Source: Actinomycetes bacterium (GTDB lineage: Bacteria > Actinomycetota > Actinomycetes > S36-B12). Taken from it: a stretch of DNA of 50,894 nt. Position 1 is the first letter of the stretch; each line of letters begins with the position of its first letter. The position numbers and the translations under genes are program-made. Of the stretch, positions 37,578-46,100 are shown piece after piece. The stretch spans positions 1 through 50,894 of the forward strand of contig CBFHQG010000004.1 of the NCBI GenBank assembly GCA_965657825.1, written 5' to 3'. The notes under the pieces were generated by a model. The model did not search any database and had not been told where the DNA came from. It saw only the letters and a list, made by a program, of their open reading frames with translations.

Positions 37578-38263
37578 GCACCGTCGTGACCTACCGCATC
37601 AGCGCCCTGACCCGAGCCTGGGTGTGCCTGGGTCGATCCTCGTCGATCGTGTTCCCCGTCATCGTCATCAACGCCGCGCTCCAAGCACTCCTGCTGCTTC
37701 CGGGATTCCTCCCGGGAGTCAACCTCGCTTTCATCGTGGCCGCCGTCCTGTCCTACCTGATCCTGGTGGCCTGCTACACCGTGGCAGCGACGGCGATCCT
37801 GGCCGCTATCGACGGAGGGATATCCGGTGGATCGGGCGTTCGGGCGGCGCTCGCAGACTCACCCGCTCGGTTTCCTGCGGTTCTCGGTTGGTCGCTACTG
37901 CTGCTGCTCGCCACCATCATCGGGTTGAGCCTGTACGTCGTCCCCGGCCTGATCGTGCTCGCGGTGCTGCCGTTCCTGCTCATCGCCGTCATCGATCGGC
38001 GAAGCAATCCCCTCGCAGCCAACTTCGCCACACTCGGTAAGCGCTGGGGGCGCTGGCTGCTGACGATCGTGATCATGGCCGCACTGTGCGGTGCGCTATG
38101 GCTTATGGCCACCGTCACCGGGTTCTTCATCGGGGGCGCCCTCGGGGCGCTGATCGCCTGGTTGGTGCTAGGTGTGATCGCCGCGTGGTTCACCGCAGCG
38201 TGGGCACTGATCTATCGGGGAGTCACCCTCGCTGTGACTCACCCCGAGTCGATCACCGAGTAG
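37574..38263 (+). CDS. Polytopic membrane protein of unknown function
   Basis: The ATG at 37574 overlaps the lipoprotein stop (ATGA). About 5-6 hydrophobic helices (for example LLLLLATIIGLSLYVVPGLIVLAVLPFLLIAVI). The track ORF start at 37400 lies inside the lipoprotein gene. Confidence 0.7.
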   Translation: MSTVVTYRISALTRAWVCLGRSSSIVFPVIVINAALQALLLLPGFLPGVNLAFIVAAVLSYLILVACYTVAATAILAAIDGGISGGSGVRAALADSPARFPAVLGWSLLLLLATIIGLSLYVVPGLIVLAVLPFLLIAVIDRRSNPLAANFATLGKRWGRWLLTIVIMAALCGALWLMATVTGFFIGGALGALIAWLVLGVIAAWFTAAWALIYRGVTLAVTHPESITE

Positions 38264-38311
38264 AACTCCCGGTCGAGGGTGTCGATCCGCGGTGCGATGT
38301 AGCAAGCGCGA

Positions 38312-38737
38312 CTACGGCCGGTAGACGAGCGTGGCGCCGGCTTCGGCGATCAGCGTGTGTGCACCCGAAGGGGTCAGCCAACCACTGAACGGTGGCCGCA
38401 CCCTGCTGCGCGCCCGGACGACCACCTCGCCGGCCTCGATGCGGACCGACTCGAATCGCACCCCCTCGGTTCGTGCTAGATAGTCACGCACCGCGGTGTT
38501 CACCGCGACCGGATCCAGTCGGATGCCCTGCGCAGCCCCCCGGGCGTAGTAGTCGTCGAGGTCGATGGCCTGCGCACCTGCCAGGGCAGCCGAATCGACC
38601 GCGGCTTGAAGTGACCGACGTTGGAGGAACACCGACGAGGCATCGACGACCACGGCGACAGCCAGCACGCAGATGACGATGAAACCGAGGGTCAGCACCA
38701 TGATGCTGCCGCGCTCACCGTCATCACGCGGCATCAT
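38312..38737 (-). CDS. TadG/TadE-like pilus assembly (pseudopilin-like) protein
   Basis: The N-terminus ERGSIMVLTLGFIVICVLAVAVVVDASSVFLQRRSLQAAVDSAALAGAQ is typical of the Tad N-terminal (TadE/G-like) domain. It is the last gene of the tad operon and its start overlaps the upstream stop. Confidence 0.75.
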   Translation of the reverse strand: MMPRDDGERGSIMVLTLGFIVICVLAVAVVVDASSVFLQRRSLQAAVDSAALAGAQAIDLDDYYARGAAQGIRLDPVAVNTAVRDYLARTEGVRFESVRIEAGEVVVRARSRVRPPFSGWLTPSGAHTLIAEAGATLVYRP

Positions 38738-39210
38738 GGATCACTCCGGTAGACATCGATGGGCACGCGGTGCTCAGCCGACACCGGTACCGAGCCGATC
38801 ATCACGTCACCGAGGGATTCCGGCAGGAACGGCAGCCGCACTCGTACGTCGACGTGCAGCGTCACTTCAGCACCCGGCGCCAGGCAGCCTCGAACAGAGC
38901 AGTCCACCCGCAGCGTGTCGGGTTTGGCAGTGAATCCCTGATCGGCAAGCGCGACTCCGACTGCGGCGGCGGCATCTCGCCGCGCCTGCGCCAGTGTGTC
39001 CGCCTGGGCATAGGCGCGCCCCGCTTCGCGCGCGGCCTGGGTGACCGCGAAGGCGGCCGCCTGCACCTGCATCACGGCCAGCACCAGGTACACGATCGGA
39101 ATGAGGACGAGTGTGACCAGGATGGTGAACTCGATCACCGCAGCGCCTTCATCACCACGCAGACGTCCACGCCGCGCGATCCTTGACATACGCATCATCC
39201 GCGACCGCAT
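38734..39210 (-). CDS. TadE family pilus assembly protein
   Basis: TadE-like N-terminus GDEGAAVIEFTILVTLVLIPIVYLVLAVMQVQAAAFAVTQAAREAGR. Confidence 0.8.
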   Translation of the reverse strand: MRSRMMRMSRIARRGRLRGDEGAAVIEFTILVTLVLIPIVYLVLAVMQVQAAAFAVTQAAREAGRAYAQADTLAQARRDAAAAVGVALADQGFTAKPDTLRVDCSVRGCLAPGAEVTLHVDVRVRLPFLPESLGDVMIGSVPVSAEHRVPIDVYRSDP

Positions 39211-39602
39211 CAGCCGCGCTCCGCCAGCGCATGACCCTCGACCACGAGCGTCTCCGGGCCGAGGAGTCCGATCAGGGGGAGTCGAGCCGTGACCTGCACC
39301 TGGATCGCCGGGGAGGTCCCCACGGAGACGTAGCGGGCACTGATGCCGGTGGCGGCTTGCCCACCGAGGGCATCGTTCAGCACCTCCTGTGTCCGTCGTT
39401 CCCCGACTACGAGGCTCGATCCTGCGAGCGCAGCCGCACGCGCACCCTCGGCAGCGGCCGCCGTCAGGGTCGTGCGCACGTGCAGGGCCAGGATCACCTG
39501 CACGATCGCGAGGACGACGATAAGAAGCAGCGGCGTTACGAGAGCGAACTCGACGACCGCGCTGCCGGAGTCATCGCGCAGCCTGCGGGGTGTTCGAATC
39601 AC
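39210..39602 (-). CDS. TadE family pilus assembly protein
   Basis: TadE-like N-terminus DDSGSAVVEFALVTPLLLIVVLAIVQVILALHVRTTLTAAAAEGAR. Confidence 0.8.
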   Translation of the reverse strand: MIRTPRRLRDDSGSAVVEFALVTPLLLIVVLAIVQVILALHVRTTLTAAAAEGARAAALAGSSLVVGERRTQEVLNDALGGQAATGISARYVSVGTSPAIQVQVTARLPLIGLLGPETLVVEGHALAERG

Positions 39603-39790
39603 GGCCCCGAGACGCTGCTGATCGCGCGGTCGAGGATCCCGGTGAGGGCATCATCGGCAACCAACCACAGCGCGGTGACGAGTCCGGCTGTCATGACCGC
39701 GACGAGCACCCAGCCAGGGACGTCTCCACGATCAGAGCCGGTGACGGCTCGCAGCCACAGGTTTCTCAGTGTGTTGTGCATCGTGCGCAT
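39599..39790 (-). CDS. Flp-pilin-like small protein (DUF4244-like), atypical
   Basis: The ATG at 39790 is preceded by GAAGGAGAAG. Sequence: MRTMHNTLRNLWLRAVTGSDRGDVPGWVLVAVMTAGLVTALWLVADDALTGILDRAISSVSGP. Its position between tadC and the tadE genes matches actinobacterial Flp genes, but the EY signature after the putative cleavage Gly is absent. Confidence 0.65.
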   Translation of the reverse strand: MRTMHNTLRNLWLRAVTGSDRGDVPGWVLVAVMTAGLVTALWLVADDALTGILDRAISSVSGP

Positions 39791-39841
39791 GTGCTTCTCC
39801 TTCACGGGGTGAAATGTGCTGTTCGGTTTCATGTGATTGCT

Positions 39842-40756
39842 TCAGGGCACGGTGAGCGACAGGCCGTGAATGCCCGGGAACAGGGCGATGACGACGACGA
39901 TGGGCAGGACGAGGAACACCACCGGGGTGAGCATGAGCACTTCACGCTTCGATGAGGACTCCATCAATCGGCGATGACCTGCGGCCCGGGCATCAGCGGC
40001 TTGCGCACGCAGGACCTCGGCCATCGGCGTCCCCCTCTGGGTGGCGACGACGATGCCTTCGACGAATCGGGCGACAGCTGGGCTCGGGGACCGTGTGGCC
40101 AGGTCCTGCAGCGCGGTCAGCAAAGGTGCACCCCCGCGCACATCCGCGGTGGCCTCGTGTAGTTCACCGGCGAGCTCACCCGACGTGGTCGATCCCACGC
40201 GTTCGAGAGCCGCCACGGGAGACTCCCCCGCCGCGACGGCGAAGGCCAGCAACTCGGCGGTATTGGGCAACTGCTGATCCATGCGCTCGGCGCGACGACG
40301 AGCCAGAGCGGACAGGCGCCGATCATGCAGGAGGACCGCACCACCTCCGCCCAATCCGAGGACCACGAGTGCTCCCAGCGGATCGATACCACCTCGCCCG
40401 GCGAGCAGGAGCAGAACGACGAATCCACCGGCGCCGATTCCGGCTGCACCCCACAGGATCTGCTCGAGGCGGTGCCGTGAGACATCGTCGGGCAGTCCGG
40501 CCTTGCGAAGCCGCACCCGTAACCGTTCGGCCCCCGCACCCTCCGCACCCCATCGACGGGCGAACGTGGTCACGCTCGGACCGATGATCTCGAAGAGGAC
40601 ACCGAGGGGACCACGATCGACAGGAGCCGGTCGGCGCTCACGCATCGCCAGTCGATCCACCAGTCGGGGTCTTCGGTTGGCGAGGACACCGGCGATGAGC
40701 ATGAGCAGGCCGATGGCAACTGCCAGCCCCAGCAGCGCCCCCGCACTGGCGGTCAT
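39842..40756 (-). CDS. tadC: Type II secretion system F-family inner-membrane protein (TadC)
   Basis: 304 aa with the T2SS-F topology (N-terminal TM, cytoplasmic helical domain, C-terminal TM pair LMLTPVVFLVLPIVVVIALFP). Translationally coupled to tadB. Confidence 0.85.
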   Translation of the reverse strand: MTASAGALLGLAVAIGLLMLIAGVLANRRPRLVDRLAMRERRPAPVDRGPLGVLFEIIGPSVTTFARRWGAEGAGAERLRVRLRKAGLPDDVSRHRLEQILWGAAGIGAGGFVVLLLLAGRGGIDPLGALVVLGLGGGGAVLLHDRRLSALARRRAERMDQQLPNTAELLAFAVAAGESPVAALERVGSTTSGELAGELHEATADVRGGAPLLTALQDLATRSPSPAVARFVEGIVVATQRGTPMAEVLRAQAADARAAGHRRLMESSSKREVLMLTPVVFLVLPIVVVIALFPGIHGLSLTVP

Positions 40757-41631
40757 GCTGACACCCCGGCGCGGGTGGGTTCACTCAGGACACGGGGGTC
40801 ATCGGGTAGTCGGCCGATGGAGATCATCACGCGGTAGGCGACGACCGACAGGACCGCCGACCCTGCAATGACGACGGCGCCGGTGGATGTCGAATAGGCG
40901 GCGACGGCTTCCGGGCGGGTGCACAGCAGCAGCAGCGTGACCCAGGGGGCGGCGACCGCGACACGCGCCGCATTGACCGTCCAGCTCTGCCGAGCCTCGA
41001 TCTCACCGCGGGTGCGTGCGTCCGCGCGGAGGAACGCACTGAGCGTAGCCAGAACCCGACCCAGATCGGCGCCTCCCACTTCGCGGGCGATGCGCAGCGA
41101 TGCGATGACACGATCGGCTACCGGGTCGCGCATGCGATCGCTCAACGTCGTCAGCGCGAGGGAGAACGAGCCGGTGGCGCGGTATTCGGTGGTGAAGGCA
41201 GTGAAGGCCGGGCGCAGGGCGAGTGGACCGCGCAGGGAGAGATCAGCGACGGCTTCGGGAAGCGACATGCCGGCCTTGACCGCCGACCCGAGGGTGTCGA
41301 CGGCGTCGGGCCAACTCGAGCGGAGTGCGCGCGACCGGCGGGTGGCGCGTCGACGCAGCACCAGAATCGGTGCGTATCCCAGGGCCACCCCGGCGAGCAA
41401 CGCGACGATCGGGACGGCGGTGATCACCAGGACGACCAGCACTGCAACGAACCCCACCCCGATGCAGGTGGCGATCAGGCCACTGGGGGACGTGCGCGTG
41501 GCACCCGCGCGATCGATGAGTCGGCGCAGGCGCGATGGCGACCGGTGGTGTACCGAGCCGGGTGTGGTGAGTCCGAGCAGGATCAGCAGGAGACCGAGGC
41601 CCAGTCCCAGGCCGAGCATCGCGCCCATCAC
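40753..41631 (-). CDS. tadB: Type II secretion system F-family inner-membrane protein (TadB)
   Basis: 292 aa with the same fold pattern as tadC. Its start overlaps the tadA stop. Confidence 0.85.
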   Translation of the reverse strand: MMGAMLGLGLGLGLLLILLGLTTPGSVHHRSPSRLRRLIDRAGATRTSPSGLIATCIGVGFVAVLVVLVITAVPIVALLAGVALGYAPILVLRRRATRRSRALRSSWPDAVDTLGSAVKAGMSLPEAVADLSLRGPLALRPAFTAFTTEYRATGSFSLALTTLSDRMRDPVADRVIASLRIAREVGGADLGRVLATLSAFLRADARTRGEIEARQSWTVNAARVAVAAPWVTLLLLCTRPEAVAAYSTSTGAVVIAGSAVLSVVAYRVMISIGRLPDDPRVLSEPTRAGVSA

Positions 41632-42899
41632 GCCACCTCGCCGAGATGGCGTGGATCGAGAAGTTCGGCGAGGTCGTAGCCGGCTGCCTCGAATCGGTCC
41701 TCATGCGGCGGGAATCCGCTGGCGCGCCGCAGGATCCCACCTTCGATTCGGAATAGTTCGGCGATCTCGACCGTCCCGCCCTCCACTCGACCAGGGAGGG
41801 CCACGATCTCGCGCACCCGCCGTCGCCCATCGCGCATGGTGGCGGTGTGGATCATCAGATCCACGCATCCGGCCACGGTCGGCACGACGAAATCGGCGGA
41901 AATGTTCTGGCCCGCGAGGAGGGGAAGGGTGCACAGTTTCGTGACAGCCTCGCGGGCCGAGTTCGCGTGCAGCGTTGCCGCAGAGGGCATGCCGCTATTC
42001 ATCGCCACGAGCAGGTCCAGTGCCTCAGCCTGGCGGACCTCTCCGACGACTAACCGGGTGGGTCGCATCCGCAGTGCCTCGCGCACCAGGCGGCGCAGGG
42101 GGATCTCCCCGGTGCCCTCCAGGCTCGCATCACGTGTCTGCAGTGCCACCCAATCGGGATGCTGCGGGAGATGGATCTCGAAGACCTCCTCGCAGCTGAC
42201 GATCCGCTCGCTGGCAGGGACGCAGCCGAGCAGCGAATTCAACAGGGTTGTCTTTCCCGCCTGGGTGCCTCCCGCGACCACGACGTTCAGGCCGCTGACG
42301 ATGGCCGCCTCGCAGAAGGCGGCCGCCTGGGCGGTGAGGGTGCCCCCTGGAACGAGGTCGTCGATATGCCTCGGGCGCATGACGAACCGACGGATGTTGA
42401 TGGCCCAGTGCTCCCGGGTGATGTCCGGGATGACAACGTGCAGACGGCTGCCGTCAGGCAGCATGGCGTCGACGAAGGGCTGGCTGATGTCGAGTCGTCG
42501 TCCCGACCAGAGCAGCATGCGTTCGACCAGGTCGCGCACTTGCGCATCGGTGAGAACTGTCGTGGTCAGTTCACTGCGACCACCTCTTGCGATGAAGACT
42601 CGGCCTGGCTCATTGAGCCAGACTTCCTCGACCTGGGGATCGTCGAAGAATCGCTGTAGGGGACCGAATCCGGTCACAGCGTCGAGCAGATCCCGACGCA
42701 TGTCATCGACCTCGATCACCGGGGTGCGATCTGCGGTGAGGCATTCCTCGAGGTAGTCGGACAGTGACGAATCCACGATCTGACGCGCGAGTTCCGCCTG
42801 GCGCATGGGGTCGATTCCGGCGCGACGAATTCCCTCGCGCACACGTGCCTCTACGGCCGTGCGCGCCTCATCATCGATGCGGTACTGGTCGACCGACAT
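41628..42899 (-). CDS. tadA: CpaF/TadA family secretion ATPase
   Basis: Walker A VVAGGTQAGKTTLLNSLLG, Asp box and Walker B (RPTRLVVGEVR), and His box (GMPSAATLHANSA). I chose the ATG at 42899 (MSVDQYRIDDEA). Confidence 0.93.
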   Translation of the reverse strand: MSVDQYRIDDEARTAVEARVREGIRRAGIDPMRQAELARQIVDSSLSDYLEECLTADRTPVIEVDDMRRDLLDAVTGFGPLQRFFDDPQVEEVWLNEPGRVFIARGGRSELTTTVLTDAQVRDLVERMLLWSGRRLDISQPFVDAMLPDGSRLHVVIPDITREHWAINIRRFVMRPRHIDDLVPGGTLTAQAAAFCEAAIVSGLNVVVAGGTQAGKTTLLNSLLGCVPASERIVSCEEVFEIHLPQHPDWVALQTRDASLEGTGEIPLRRLVREALRMRPTRLVVGEVRQAEALDLLVAMNSGMPSAATLHANSAREAVTKLCTLPLLAGQNISADFVVPTVAGCVDLMIHTATMRDGRRRVREIVALPGRVEGGTVEIAELFRIEGGILRRASGFPPHEDRFEAAGYDLAELLDPRHLGEVA

Positions 42900-43103
42900 C
42901 CCCCACCCCCACGTTTCATCGTTCCGCCAATTCACTGCGGCACAGTGCATTCGCAGAACTATTGGAAGGACGCTAAGACGCCAGGGGAAGGTGATTCAAG
43001 GCGAGTTCCACATCTGTGGATGAAGGTGCGATGGCGATGTCAGCCGAAGGTGCGACTTACAGCTCTGTCATTACGCCACTGCTCGATGGATTTGATCGAG
43101 GTT

Positions 43104-46100
43104 TCAGTCAGCGCCCCTCGACTGGTTCACCAGGGTGCGCAGCACCCGCAGCGCCACCGACAGCATCGCGAGGTCCGCGCCCTCCTGGGCGGCGATCTGG
43201 TCGAGGGTGCTGCGAGCCCGGGCGAGGCCCTCTGCGTGCCCGGCCTCCCACTCCTCGATGCGCTGCGTCGTGGTCTGCGCCGGTGCGGTGTCATGCACCA
43301 CGCCGAGGGTGAACTGCGCGAGTGCGGCGTACAGGTCGCTGCGCAGAGCCTGGCGGGCCAGGGCCGTCCACCGATCAGCGCGGGTCAGCACGGTGATCTG
43401 ACCGAGGAATCGATCGACGTCGTATCGCTCCGACAGCGCGAAGTAGATGTCCAGAACGGTGGCGGGATCCTCACCGGCAGTCTCGGCGATCTCGGTGATG
43501 TCCAGCAGGGCGAAGATATCCAGCATCGCGCTCGCCTCCTCGGCGAGTTCGATGGGAGCCCCGAGTTCGACGAAGCGATTGACCCCGCGTTCGAAACGGT
43601 CATGCTCGACCCCGCGCAGAGCAGGGACGACCTCACCTGCCAGACGCGCGACCACGGGTGCGAACCGGGCGACTTCGACAGATAGGTCGAGGGTGGCGCC
43701 TCGAGCCTGCAGGAACCAGCGCAGTGCCCGATCGAGCAGGCGGCGGGACTCCAGATGGAGCGCGGCCTGAGCCTGGGTGGGTACCTCGTTGTCGAGTGAG
43801 TCCACCCGCCGCCAGAAATCTCTGAGTCCGAAGATCGCAATGACCGCCGAAGCCGCTCGCACCACCTCGGGGACTCCGGCTCCGGTCTCCTCACTCGCCC
43901 GGAATACCAGTGTGATTCCGCCGTGGTTGATGAGGTCGTTGACCACCACGGTGGTGATGATCCCTTCGCGCAACGGGTGCGAGGGAATCCGATCGGCATA
44001 CTCATCTGCGATCCGTGCGGGAAAGTACTCGACGGCTCGATCGGTGAACCACGGATCATCCGCCACGGCTGACTGCAGATCCTGGTCGAGGGAGATCTTC
44101 GCGTAGGCGGCGAGCACGGCGAGCTCAGGACCGGTCAACCCCTGACCGGCTGCCGCTCGCGTGGCGATCTCATCATCGGCTGGGAGACCTTCGAGTGCGC
44201 GGTCGAGCAATCCCCTCGCTTCAAGATCGCGGATCATGCGCCCGTGTACCTCGATGAGATTCGCCGCACCCCGACGGGAATTGCCGAGCAGCACGTTCTG
44301 GTCGTAGTTGTCTGCAAGCACCAGATCAGCGACCTCGTCGGTCATCTGCTCGAGCAGGGCGTCGCGCTGCTTGAGAGTCAGATCACCGGAGCGCACGACC
44401 TCGTCGAGCAGGACCTTGATGTTCACCTCATGGTCGGAGGTGTCCACACCCGCGGAGTTGTCGATGGCATCGGTGTTCAGGCGCACCCCGGCATGTGCCG
44501 CTTCGATGCGACCGAGTTGGGTGAGCCCGAGGTTGCCGCCTTCTCCGACGACCAGGCAGCGCATCTGCGCTCCGTCGATGCGCACGGGGTCGTTGGCCTT
44601 ATCCCCCACTTCCGCCTGGGTTTCGGACTGCGCTTTCACGTACGTTCCGATGCCGCCGTTCCACATCAGATCGACCGGAGCGCGCAGGAGAGCCTTGATG
44701 AGGTCGTTCGGTTCCAGCGTCACCGGTGCCTCATCCATGCCGAACACGCGGCGCATCTGATCAGTGATGGGGATCGATTTCGCCGTGCGGCGGAAGACTC
44801 CACCTCCGGGAGAGATGAGGCCCTGGTCGTAGTCACCCCAGGACGAGCGCGGCATCGAGAACAACCGCTCTCGCTCAGCGAACGAGACAGCCGAATCCGG
44901 GCTCGGATCGATGAAGATGTGACGATGATCGAACGCGGCAACCAGACGGATACAGCGAGAGAGCAGCATCCCGTTGCCGAACACGTCGCCACTCATGTCG
45001 CCGATGCCGACGACGGTGAACTCCTCGCTCTGCGTATCGATCCCCAGATCACGAAAGTGCCGTTTCACCGACTCCCAGGCACCGCGGGCGGTGATGCCCA
45101 TCGCCTTGTGGTCATACCCTGCTGAACCTCCCGAGGCGAAGGCATCGCCGAGCCAGAAGTCGTAGTCGGCAGCCACCGCGTTCGCTAGATCGGAGAACGT
45201 CGCCGTTCCCTTGTCCGCTGCCACCACGAGATACGGATCATCGCCATCGTGACGGACGACGCCCTCGGGAGGGACCACTCGTCCGTCCACGAGGTTGTCA
45301 GTGATGTCCAGGAGCCCGGAGATGAACAGTGAGTACGCCGATCGGCCCTCAGCCAGCCAGGCCTCCCGATCCAGCGTGGGGTCGGGCAGTCGCTTGGGCA
45401 CGAACCCGCCCTTCGCACCCACGGGGACGATGACGGCGTTCTTCACCTGCTGGGCTTTGACCAGCCCGAGCACCTCGGTGCGGAAGTCCGCAGGCCGGTC
45501 GCTCCACCGCAGTCCACCGCGGGCGATCCGGCCGAATCTCAGGTGCACACCCTCCACCCGCGGGGAGTAGGCCCAGATCTCGTAGGCGGGTTTGGGTTGT
45601 GGGAGAACCTCGATGGCCGATGCCTGGAGTTTCACCGTCAGGATGTCGCGCGGCTCTCCGTCGTCACCCCGTCGGAAGTAGTTGGTCCGCAGGGTCGCTT
45701 GGACCATCGACAGAAGAGCGCGCAGGATGCGGTCCTCATCCAGGCTTGCCACTGCGTCGAGTGCCCCGGTGATCGACTCGACCAATCGATTCATCCGCTC
45801 GGCTCGGGTGTCACTCACCTCGGTGGAGTCGGCGGGATCGAAGGCGATCTCGAAAAGGCGAACCAGCGAAACCGCGATATCCGCATTCGACAGCAGAGCA
45901 TTCTCGATGTGTTCCGGTGCGAAGGACATGCCGCTCTGGCGCAGGTATCGGGCATACGTGCGCAGGATCGAGACCTGCCGCCAATCCAGACCACCACGCA
46001 CGACGAGCGCATTGAGTGCATCGACCTCCGACCGCCCCGACCAGATCGCCAGGAATGCCTCGGCGAACCGGGATCCCAGACAGTCCGGCGAAACCACCCG

